From Octopus vulgaris (taxonomy: Eukaryota): DNA of 64,000 bases. Of this stretch, positions 11,943 through 22,225 are shown in pieces (position 1 is the first letter of the stretch; each line of letters begins with the position of its first letter). Made by a program: the position numbers and the translations under genes. The notes beneath the pieces are model-generated. The model had not been told where the DNA came from. It searched no databases and saw only the letters and a list, made by a program, of their open reading frames with translations. The DNA is taken from assembly GCA_951406725.2 (NCBI GenBank), contig OX597817.1, forward strand, positions 75,020,001 through 75,084,000, in the 5' to 3' direction.

Positions 11943-13835
11943 ATGGATTTGTCTGGTTGTCAGACCGGAGACGAGGAGATTTCGCTTGCTCTGATTGTGG
12001 AGATGTTAAGGGGCCAGATGGCGCAGACAGACGCGTTTGTGGAGAGAATGGACAGGAGGCGACAGGGCCTGTGGGCAGATCAGCGGGAGCTTGAGGTTGC
12101 GGATGGGTCAGCTTTGAAGGATCGGTGTTGGACCGAGGATAGCGACGGTCCTGTGGGCAGAGATTGCCCGTCGAACGAAGCATCGAGTGAAACAGATAGT
12201 GAAGGAAGTGTTGCGGAACCTGGGTTGGTTGCCGAAATCTGTGATGCTGGACCGGCTGTGTTTGCGGAACCTGGGCTGGTTGCCGAAATTTGTGACGCTG
12301 TACCCAAGAAATCTTGTGATTTGGAACCCGTAGAGGTTGAAGTAACCGAAAAGCCTGTTGAAGGTGTTATGGCTGATGCTGTTGTTCCGTGTCTGGAGCC
12401 CTTGGCATCTCGACCCCTGTCTCTCGGAGCTCAGGACGAAGAGCTGGCGAGGTCTGGGGCGAATGTCGCTGAGTCCGAGGTTCCGGCTCTGTGTGTGATG
12501 GTCGCGGCAGGTGTTGTGCCATGTGCGGGTCCTTTGGTGTCTGGACTCCTGTCTCTTGGGACCCAGAAGGACTGTATGGTTCCCACTGTGGAGAGGCCAC
12601 AGGCGTGGATGGACTGGCGGCCGAGCGTGCGTGTTGTGAGGCCTGCGGAACGGAAGCTGGTGAGGAAAAGGACCAGGCCCGTTGACGAGGCGAGTCCAGG
12701 AAGACTGCTTCAGCGTTGGGTGAGCTTTGTGGTTGATGGTTGCTTGGGGCCGGTGGAGCCCGACAGGCAGTGCCTAGTGAAAGCTCGATTGAGGGTCGGG
12801 TGGATCCTAGTGGAAGCAGAAGCTGGTGGAGCGCTGGGTGGGTCGGCCGATCTTTTGGAAGTGGTACAGGCGATTTGCAGAAGGCAAATCGAGGAATCGT
12901 GCCAGATGGCGAGCCAGTGTTGGGGCCAGTTCTGCCGATACGGCAACGCAGTTGAAGGAGGTGGTGGCCCACGGATGCAGTTGAGGAAGCGGTCCGCAAG
13001 GAGTCGCTGGTGCTTTGTTGGCACTTGGGGGAGCTCTGTATTTGATGGTTGCGTGGGGCCGGTGGAGCCCGATATGCAGTGCGGAGTAAGAGCTCAATTG
13101 AGGGTCGGCTGGACCCTGGTGGAGGCAGAGGCTGACAGAGCGCTGGGTGGGTCGGCCGATTTATTGAAGGCTGCGCAGGCAATTTGCAGAGGGCAAATCG
13201 TGGAATTGCGCCGGACGGTAAACCAGCGGCGGGGTCAGTTCTGCCGGTGCAGTGATGAAGTTAAGGGAGATTGTGGTCCGCTGATGCAGTTGCGGAAGAA
13301 GCAACCGTTGGTGAAAAGTGCAGGACGTTGGTCGCGAGGGTTGTTGGATGCTGGTCGCACGGACCTGGCAGAACGTTTCGTCGACCAAGGCGGTCGTCGC
13401 TTGAGGAAGCAGCGAGGCCGGAGGAAAGTCCCAGTACGGCAGTGCAAGAGGAGATATCAGCGACGGGGAACACTGGAAAAGCGGAGTGGTCCCTGGTCGT
13501 CGGCGATAGTTGCGCGGAATGGGGATGGCACAGCGAGGTGCTACGTGGGATATAGAGCCCTGAGGAAGGTGGCCACTGTGAAGGATTGGCCGGACACTTC
13601 CTGTGTGAGGGATTTGAGGAACTTCCTCGGACGGTGCGCCTATTGTAGGCGGCTAGTAGGAAGCCTGGTGGCGTTGGCGGTGGTATTGCCCAAGCCGCAG
13701 AGGGAAGGTGCCAACCTGTGGCTGGTGCTGAAGTGGTGGCCGTGGGAGGTGAGACCCCCGGAGGAGAAACCACCCAAGGGGACCCCCAGCCCCTGGAGAG
13801 TCTGCTGGAGCTCGCCCTCGGAGGTGCGAGTTTAG
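11943..13835 (+). CDS. 630-aa ORF of the LTR element: gag-like N-terminus, duplicated protease-like segment, truncated RT remnants
   Basis: Open ATG-to-TAG frame. GTLEKRSGPWSSAIVARNGDGTARCYVGYRAL resembles RT start GIIEPSxSPWxSPIVxVxKKDGxxRxCVDYRxL. It is fused to KVATVKDWPDTSCVRDLRNFLGRCAYCRRLV, which resembles post-RT KVxAVxxWPxPxxVxELRSFLGLxxYYRRF. No YxDD, RNase H or integrase. Confidence 0.75.
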   Translation: MDLSGCQTGDEEISLALIVEMLRGQMAQTDAFVERMDRRRQGLWADQRELEVADGSALKDRCWTEDSDGPVGRDCPSNEASSETDSEGSVAEPGLVAEICDAGPAVFAEPGLVAEICDAVPKKSCDLEPVEVEVTEKPVEGVMADAVVPCLEPLASRPLSLGAQDEELARSGANVAESEVPALCVMVAAGVVPCAGPLVSGLLSLGTQKDCMVPTVERPQAWMDWRPSVRVVRPAERKLVRKRTRPVDEASPGRLLQRWVSFVVDGCLGPVEPDRQCLVKARLRVGWILVEAEAGGALGGSADLLEVVQAICRRQIEESCQMASQCWGQFCRYGNAVEGGGGPRMQLRKRSARSRWCFVGTWGSSVFDGCVGPVEPDMQCGVRAQLRVGWTLVEAEADRALGGSADLLKAAQAICRGQIVELRRTVNQRRGQFCRCSDEVKGDCGPLMQLRKKQPLVKSAGRWSRGLLDAGRTDLAERFVDQGGRRLRKQRGRRKVPVRQCKRRYQRRGTLEKRSGPWSSAIVARNGDGTARCYVGYRALRKVATVKDWPDTSCVRDLRNFLGRCAYCRRLVGSLVALAVVLPKPQREGANLWLVLKWWPWEVRPPEEKPPKGTPSPWRVCWSSPSEVRV

Positions 13836-13863
13836 TATGTTTTTGTCGGGTCGACAAAAGCTT

Positions 13864-13876
13864 AGGTAGGGGGTAG
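13864..13876 (+). promoter_or_regulatory. polypurine tract
   Basis: AGGTAGGGGGTAG immediately before the TG of the 3' LTR. Confidence 0.85.
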
Positions 13877-15032
13877 TGTTACGGGTTTAACTAGTGCAGT
13901 GTTTCTGACCCACATAGGAATAATGGCACCATCATGTCTGGTGAAAATGTGACAGTCTTTTGTCTAATGGAGGACTAATGGGTTTGGAATGACCTGTGAC
14001 CTCGTGCGGCTGAGAAGAGGGTCAGGAGAATGTGAGAGAGGAAGACAGATTAAGGGCTGAGAGCAAATAGAGATAGAGTGTAAGAGAAAAGGGACAGATA
14101 GAGAGGAAGAGTCTGGCAGGCGATAGCGATAGAGTAAGAGCAGAGGGCAAATAGAAAGGATTAGCAGTAAGGGACAGATTGAGGATATAGATAGAGTATA
14201 AGGACCAGAGAGCAGTTAGAAAGGGTAAGAGCGATATATACAGAGGGAGATGAAGGAGTGGAAGAAGGACAGAGACGAAGTGAGGTCTTGGCAGTCGTTG
14301 AGCGGTCGTCGAGGAACACAGACGGATCTTGGGGTCGCTGGCCGGTCCTCGAAGAAGACAGATGGACCTTGGATTTAGGGAGCGAGCGTTGGAATTCTTA
14401 GGAGCAAGTTGGATGCGAGAAAGCTTGGCGGCACAGAAGGGAATTAGCAGTATTCAGAGGAATTAGCAGTATTGAGAGGAATGGGACACTGGCAGATTCA
14501 ATTAGGAATTGAGGTATGTGTTTGTGTATTGATGCGTGTCACGATGTAAAGAGACAGTGAAAAGAATTGAACAGTGAAGAGAACAGTCAAGGACTCTGTC
14601 GATGTGGTCGATAAAGGACATTGTGAAGAGGAGGAGTAAAGGACTTGTTGATTGTGATGTTTAGGAAGAGACTTTAAAGAACTGTTGTCTTGGGACGTGT
14701 ACTCTTGAATTGTTACATGATGTTGTATTATGCTTTGAGTTGTACTCTTGAAATGCTGTTGTATTATGTATTGAGTAGTCACGTGCATGCTTTGATGTAT
14801 CTTGATGTTGTAACAATTGTAATTGTCGTATAAACTGTTGTTTGAATATAAGCCAGTGTTGCCAGTTGTTGCCTTGCCTCTTTGGGTTGTATCTCGGATT
14901 GTGCCTCTGTATCTCTGTGCTGTTGGGGTTGTGGCAGTATCTATCTGTATCTCCTCTCTCCGCCTCTTTGGGTTCCGTGGCAGAACTTGTGTGAGCCGTT
15001 CGGGACGGGCGACGACGGGTGATTCCGTAACA
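13877..15032 (+). repeat. 3' LTR (1156 bp)
   Basis: Direct repeat of 10738-11884. Confidence 0.96.
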
Positions 15033-15308
15033 ATACTATTAAATTCCATTCAATTTTAAAAAAGGTAAAATCGGACAGAACTTATGGGATGACCTGATAC
15101 ATCTCTCTCTTTTTCTCTTTTTGTCTATGTGTGTGTGTGCGCACATACACACACACACACACACTTATAAGTAATTATTAAAAACTTTGGGTATACACCT
15201 AGTAGTATGCACTTTCACTGTCATCCTCAGTTTTGTGATGTCATCCCTAGTTCTGATATAAGTGTTGTAGACTCTACCTCAAGAATTCTGCTGTGTTCAT
15301 TGAGTATA

Positions 15309-16198
15309 TGAAGTCTGATCAATAAGTATCTGAACTGTTACCATAGTAATGAAGCTAAAGCATGCAGATTGAAGCTGCTTGGCAAAGATTTACTTTGAAC
15401 TCTGTTGTGCATGTGTACTATGTTTTAACATTGTACATCACTTCCACTTTACAGCATTGCTTGGAAGGAAGGTGTGTAGTGTGTGATCATCGCATTGACC
15501 ATGACACAGAAAGTTGAGAAAGTTGTCATGGCGAGACCTGCTCAGAGGCCTATGCAAAGTAGCAGAAGGTGTGTGGAGAGGCGTGTATGAGCTGCTAACA
15601 AGTGTACGAGTGGTTTCCAAGATGACTGTAAAAATGTTGATTGATGAATGTTCTGGGAGACACGCAACCAGCAAAACTGAGAAAAACATCGCAGATGTGC
15701 ATGCAGTTGTGAGAGGAAATCATCACATCACCATCCGTGAGTTATCAGAGGATGTGCAGATTAGTTACAGATCTGTTCAGTCCACTATCACTGAAGATTT
15801 GGGTATGAGATGCTTGTCTGCTAAGTTTCTGCGAAAATTGCTTTCAGCTGACCAGAAAGACACTTGGGTTTCAGGAGCACAAGATCTCCTTGATTGTGTC
15901 ATGAATGATGAAAAGTTTTTGAAAACTTTGCATAGGCCTCTGAGAGGTATTGCTAAGCTTTTGGTAAAATTTGATGCAAATCCTCTGTTCAACTTTCTCT
16001 GTCATGGTCAATGAGATGATCACTCACTACACACCTTCCTTCCAAGTATTGTTGTAAACAGCAGAAGTGAGCTAGACTGTTAAAACTTAGTGCACATGCA
16101 CAGCAGAGTTCAAGGTCAATCTGTTTTAAGCAACTTCACTCTGCATGCTTTAGCTTGTTACTATAGCAACAGTCCGGATACTTATTGATCAGACTATG
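15309..16198. mobile_element. mariner-derived foldback MITE (890 bp), both ends made of the 5' end of the parent element
   Basis: TA flanks and TIR GTCTGATCAATAAGTATC. Inverted arms ~15309-15560 / ~15924-16198 include the 5' UTR and ORF start. The centre encodes the N-terminal transposase segment (DECSGRHATSKTE...ITIRELSEDVQIS...LGMRCLSAKF); no catalytic domain. Confidence 0.9.
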
Positions 16199-16564
16199 TA
16201 TAACAAAGGAAGGAGATAGAAAATAGAATCCATAAGAACCTTTAGTCAGCACAACAATCGTTTCAGCCCATCTTGCACAGACAAAAATATTTGTCAATTA
16301 CTCTATTCCATTTATTCATGGTGAACCATAGGTAGACCCATTAACTATCTATCACCAGGAAACTGTATCCATTCCCTGTTATTGTAGCCAACAACCTTCT
16401 GACTATAACAACATGCTGTATAGCCAAACCAAGCGAAACCAAATATAGTGAGTGAGATATCTTTTTAGCAAGGCACCTGAGGAAACACATCTACACCAAA
16501 GGATGCAACACAACCAGTTTATAATATCTCACCCACAAGGAACTGAGCCCCTTTCAAGCATTAA

Positions 16565-16895
16565 GCCTCATGGAGGCAATGACTGAGACCTTTGGCATTA
16601 TGTCATGCTTGAGAAGACCCATCAAGCTGAGCAAAATCGCAGTTATGGCAGATACCAGTGTCATGCAAATTGGCACCTGTGCCAGTGGTATGTAAAAACA
16701 TCTGAGTGTCATGCAAATGGCATATAAAAGCACCCATTACACTCTAAGAGTGGTTGGTGTTAGGAAGGGCATCCAGCAGTAGAAAACCATGGTAAATCAG
16801 ACTGGAGTCTGGTGCAGCTTTCCAGCATGCCAGCCTGGTCAAACCATCCAACCCATGCCAGCATGGACAATGGACCTTAAATGATGATGATGATG
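16565..16895 (+). mobile_element. RTE-type LINE 3' end with (GAT)n tail
   Basis: ORF-end motif GACCTTTGGC..TATG..TGCTTGAGAAGACC, family 3' UTR and GATGATGAT tail. Confidence 0.75.
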
Positions 16896-17359
16896 AAAAG
16901 AAGAGCCCAAGAATACAGCAGGGACATGGCTGAAGTCAGTTGAGGCAACTATGAAATGGGAGAATGACCAACAAAGTTGGCTGTGGTGGGCATTAGGTTA
17001 AGAACATAGTTTGTGAAAGTGTGTAATATATTTAACATCAGTGACCTGGGTGAGATAGCAATCTGCTAGACTGGTTCTTTGGTAGGTGAGAGAGGGGTGT
17101 AGGTGATATTTTATTATAGTACTTAGAGAAGTGGGTAGGTGGGAAAGGATTGAAGATAAATTAAGGATAAAGAATAAAGAAAACAAAAAGTAAAAGTGAA
17201 GAAAAATAAGTGCATACATAAAGCCAATTAGGCATAGTGTCAGGGTTTAGGGTTCGCTAGCTAATGCTAAAGAACAAAGGGTGGAGGGTAGAGATATACA
17301 GAGCTTAAGGGTATTCTGTGGATATAGGTTGAATGTTGGGGGCATAGGCCATGGGTTAT

Positions 17360-18225
17360 GGTCTCACTTGGCTTGCCAGGTCTTCTCATGCACAGCATAT
17401 TTCCAAAGGTCTCAGTCACTAGTCATTGCCTCGGTGAGACCTAATGTTCGAAAGTCGTGCTTCACCACCTCATCCCAGGTCTTCTTCTTCCACAGGTTCC
17501 CTCAATTGCTAGGGTGTGACACTTTTTCACACAGCTATCCTTATCCATTTTTGCCAAATAACCATACCAGTGCAGTCGTCTCTCTTGCACACCACATCTG
17601 ATGCTTCTTAGGTCCAACTTTTCTCTCAAGGTACTTACACTCTGTTGAGTATGCACACTGACATTACACATCCAGCAGAGCATACTGATTTTTCATTCCT
17701 TGCAAGATTATGCATGTCCTCAGAAGTCACAGCCCATGTTTCACTGCCATGTAGCATGACTGTTCATACACATGCATCATACAATCTACCTTTTACTCTG
17801 AGTGAGAGGCCCTTTGTCGCCAGCAGAGATAAGAGCTCTCTGAACTTTGCCCAGGCTATTCTTATTCTAGCAGCTACACTTTCAGTGCACCCACCCCTGC
17901 TACTGACTTGGTCACCTAGGTAATGGAAGCTACCAACAACTTCTAGTTTTTCTCCCTGGAACGTGACAGAAGTTGTTCCCTGCACATTTTCAGTGTTTAT
18001 TGCTCCTGAGCATCTGCCACATACAAAAACTATCTTCCCAGTTAGCCTTCCTTTGATATTGCTGCACCTCTTACGTGTCCATAGCTTACTCTGGGTATAT
18101 CTTATAGAGTTTCTACCTATGCCTTTTCTACAGATCGAGCAGGGCCATCTACCTGAAGGGATTTGTGGTTTGTCTGCCTTCCTACTTATTAGGGCTTTGG
18201 TTTTAGCTAGGTTGACTCTAAGGCA
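17360..18225 (-). mobile_element. RTE-clade LINE fragment (post-RT C-terminal region)
   Basis: KLEVVGSFHYLGDQVSSRGGCTESVAARIRIAWAKFRELL...LRVKGRLYDACV and MLCWMCNVS...LREKLDLRSIRCGVQERRLHWYG. Confidence 0.88.
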
Positions 18226-18230
18226 ATATA

Positions 18231-19807
18231 TCTCTTATTATAAAAGGCAGATTTTATCTGCCTCCCTTTGTCTCTTATAGAAATCTACAATATAGGATTT
18301 CTTTAATTACAATTTACCTAGCATTTTTAAGAGTAGAATAAATCGGGTTGTGCCAGGTCCAGTTTTTAAAATTTCAACCCCAATTAAGCAAAATTTAGAG
18401 AAAACTCACATTGTGGTGTGTAAGTCAAGTGCTTTTCTTAGTGTGGGCTACAGCACACGTACACACACACACACAAAAACGGAGCGATCTGCTTCACTCA
18501 CGCTATCACCCTAATTTCTACTCCTTTCTCTTTGCAAGTGTGCAACGATTAAAGTGAAACTATTTCTATAAAACGAGAGAAGTGTACCTTAAACCACTAC
18601 TCAAAAAAAAAAAACAGCAAACAGAAACAAATAAATACATAACGATTTACTCCTCACACAATTTCTTCAATTACAGTTTACCTATGATTTTTACAAGTAC
18701 TTCCATTCGGTCATGCCATACAAAATTTCTTTCAATTTCACCCCCAATTAAGACAAAATTCGAGAAAACTCAATATTTTAACATTTCACTCCGAAAGCAT
18801 TGATGTACATGTGTGTGTGCGTGAGTGTGTGTGTGTGTGTGTGTTTGATGGGATGTGCGACACAGAAAGTGTGGTGTGTAAAGAGACAGAGAGAGTAATG
18901 TTGTGCTGTGTACCTAAAGCACGCACACACACAAGCGGAGCGCGAACTTCAAAACAACTTCGCACGCTATCTATCTGGTTTGCCATTCCTCACACACACG
19001 CATACACATACATATATGACAGTGACAAACACAAACGTTTCAAACAACTACATACAAACACTCAAACACACACACACGTGTGTGTTTGTTATTAGTAAAA
19101 AAGGCGCCAAACGCAACTCACTTCTCATTCGAACACATTTGCAAAAACACACCGACGGTCGGATTGCCATAACAATACAGAAAAGGTAAATTGGTTTTTA
19201 ATTTACTTTCTGTCGTTAAATTTTGGTAGTATTAATTGGCGAGCGTACTTCTGTTGTCAATTGTTGACAGAAAGAAATTGTAAGCTAAGAAGATGTGTGT
19301 GTGAGTGTGTGTGCATGCACGTGTGTGTGTGTGTCTCTGTGTGTGTGTAAGTGTGTGTGTGTGTGTGTAGGAAGTGAAGGATAAAAATATTGCAAGAAGT
19401 GGACAGATGTACCTATATACATCCATACATACATGTGTGTGTCTATGTATGTGTATTAATGTGTGTGTGTTATCTCTATATAAAGCTGAAGTTGTCTGTG
19501 TGCGCCACATTTGGTAACTTTCAACTAACACTATCTCCTCCGAGACACTGCGGCGCAAGTTGACCAAAATTGCTCTTCCTTCCGTAGAACATAAAATTCA
19601 AATCGGACCATGTTAACACCAAAAATTATTTACATCAAAAAGCTGCTTTTTTCTATGAAAATCCCTATTTTTTACGATTTTTTCACTGCTGTGTCGCCAC
19701 TTTTCGGTATATTTCGACCAGAAAAATGTTCACAAAATTTTTACTTTTCAAAATTACAATTCCAGCGGGTCGAAACAAATCCGAGCAACGCTGGGCGATA
19801 CTGCTAG
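18231..19807 (+). mobile_element. composite non-autonomous Helitron (5' ends at 18231 and 19473, 3' end at 19807)
   Basis: A|TCTCTTATTATAAAAG and A|TCTCTATATAAAGCTG starts; subterminal CCGAGCAACGCTGGGC motif then CTAG|T; no TSD. Confidence 0.7.
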
Positions 19808-20135
19808 TACATAAATATATGCATGTGTGTGTGTGTGTGTGAGTGTAAAGATATATAGATAGATAGATATAGATATAGAGAGGGAGGAGTAAAGAAGGTC
19901 TAATGGTGGAGGCACATGGCCTAGTGGTTAGAGTAACGATACTAGTGAAGTCACCAAGTAACTTGCAAAGTAAGGTGCCTCAGCTGAGTGGAGATGTAAT
20001 ATTGAGGGTGGTGGGTTTATGCCAGACACTCAGAGAGTAGCAAAAGAGAAAGAGAAAGTGAGAGTGTACTGTCAGAGTGCACGGTGAATATAAGACAGAG
20101 AGTAATTATATAAGATCAGAAAGGGTGGGTAGGTA

Positions 20136-20346
20136 GGCAGAAACGTTAGCACGCTGGGCGAAATGCTTAGCAGTATTTCATCTGCCGTTACGTTCTGAGT
20201 TCAAATTCCACCGAGGTCGACTTTGCCTTTCATCCTTTCGGGGTCGATAAATTAAGTACCAGTTATACACTGGGGTCAATGTAATCGATTTAATCCCTTT
20301 GTTTGTCCCCTCTACGTTTAGCCCCTTGTGGGCAATAAAGAAATAA
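20136..20346 (+). mobile_element. tRNA-derived SINE with Nin-type central domain
   Basis: A/B-box-like GGCAGAAACGTTAG...GAGTTCAAATTCC; core GTCGACTTTGCCTTTCATCCTTTCGGGGTCGATAAATTAAGTACC. Confidence 0.8.
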
Positions 20347-21887
20347 GGTAGGTAGGTAAGTTTGTGTGAAAGGCGTATGACAGATGGTTAGAGTTGAGGA
20401 TAGATGTGGACTCAGTGAATGGGACACATGAGTGGAAGTATGGTCAGTAGTGAAGAACAGTTTGAGTGGAGAGTAAAAGAAACAGGAGTAGACCAAGTAG
20501 GAGAAAGAAGTGATAAGTGACAATATTAGCAAGACAATGTAAAGTAGGAGAATATATGGCATGCAGCAACTGAGTGAGATGTGCCATAGTTAGAAGAGTG
20601 ATAGAGGGATGGGTGTTAGACGATGAGTTGTGGGAAAAGGCTTTATGCAACTGTCTTCACTCATCTGCATCATATGACCATACAAGTGCAGTCTTCTCTC
20701 TTGCACACCACATCTAATGCACCTTATGCCCAATTTCTCTCAACACATTTGTACTTTGTTGTACATGCGCATACACACTAATGTGGCACAGCCAGCCAAG
20801 CATGCCAGCTTCATTTCTTTCTTGTTTTCACAAATCCTCTGCATTCATGGCCCAAATTTCACAAACATGCAACATTGCTGTTCGTATAAAAACATGATAG
20901 AATCTGCCTTTCATTCTGAGAGAAGGGTTTTTTCTTTTTACCAAGAGAGGCATATATATTGCTACATGTCAATATCACAATTCATGTTAAGCTTAAATTT
21001 TCTAATGAAGTATGCTTTGGTTATCTGAAGATTTACTGCATCTTTCATTACTTCTAAGGCTTTTATTGATATGCTTCCTCCACTTGCTTGTCTTGCTAGT
21101 GTTGGAACACTGCACTGAGTGGTATTGTATTGTAGGATCCTGGAGCATTGTGTGTGTGTGTGTGCATGTGCGTGCATGTGTGTATGTATGTATGTATACT
21201 AGTGCAAATATGTTATCTTTATGATACCACGTTTTACATTGATTTGATATCATTGCATCATATATTCCTATAGTATATATGCATAAGTCTACATATGGTA
21301 TGCTTGTAAGAAGAACATTGGTAAGACATACAACATGAAAGAAACTCCAAAGTCCACAATGGAAATGTAAAATAGAGAGCTATAAGGTGAAAAGTAGTTA
21401 TGTTAAAAAAATGTTCATTTATAAAGCAATGAAAAATTACTGCCTAAATACTGCCAATAAATTTTAATACATATACTTCAAAATATTGGACAAATCATCA
21501 ACTGGCGCCAGTATCGTCATCTAACATTTATTTTCCATGCAGGTGTGAGTTGGATAGTTTGTCAGGAATTGCTTAGCCAGAGGGCTGCATAGAGCTTCAG
21601 TGTCTGCTTTTCTATAGTAGGGTGCCTTTTCTAATACCAGACACTTTTTACAGTGTTCAGGGTACTATTTTTCTATGCACAGGCTAAAGTGAGGTCACCA
21701 AGTTACTCACAAAACATAGCTACCCTAACTGAAAAGATAAAGAGAGAAAGAGATGTTTGTTTTCCACAGTGTATGATTGTGGAAAATCCATTCAAAATAT
21801 AGTTCAATTTTTCAGTATTAATCATCAAGCAGTTAATAACATAGTCAAAAGGTGGATTGGAGAAGAGATATGGGAGGTTACAGAAAG

Positions 21888-22120
21888 TTTCCTATTTCTT
21901 TATTGCCCACAAGGGGCTAAACACAGAGGGGACAAACAAAGGGATTAAGTCGATTACATCGATACATCGACTCCAGTGCATAACTGGTACTTAATTTATC
22001 AATCCCAAAAGGATGAAAAGCAAAGCTGACCTCGGTGGAATTTGAACTCAGAACATAACGGCAAACGAAATACCACTAAGCACTTCGTTCGGCGTGCTAA
22101 CATTTCTGCCAGCTCGCCAC
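21888..22120 (-). mobile_element. tRNA-derived Nin-type SINE, inverted relative to the copy at 20136
   Basis: Reverse complement matches 20136-20346. Confidence 0.8.
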
Positions 22121-22225
22121 TTTAAGAAAGTCTCCAAGAGGTCAAAGAAAGCAGTTAAATGGAAAGTAATTAAACATTATCTAACAACTGTTGGGAAGGC
22201 TACAAATTCTATGAATATGGTGTCA

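Larger units (their letters stand above)
10738..15032 (+). mobile_element. non-autonomous Gypsy/Ty3-type LTR retrotransposon (4295 bp)
   Basis: TGTTAC...GTAACA LTRs, 4-bp TSD ATAC (10734-10737 / 15033-15036), PBS, PPT and a ~2 kb internal region. Confidence 0.96.
9508..15097 (-). mobile_element. full-length mariner (DD34D) transposon, ~1.29 kb net, interrupted by an LTR element
   Basis: TA TSDs at 9506-9507 and 15098-15099; TIRs TCAGGTCATCCCA(A/T)AAGTTCTGTCC. Removing 10738-15036 leaves ~1291 bp. Confidence 0.95.

Noticed and set aside
12367-13857. Long antisense ORFs (271 aa, 198 aa) in the LTR element
   Set aside because: Pro/Ser-rich shadows of a GC-rich sense ORF with no recognisable motifs.
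14498-15049. 183-aa minus-strand ORF in the 3' LTR
   Set aside because: Not preserved at full length in the 5' LTR copy, starts outside the element, and has low-complexity composition.
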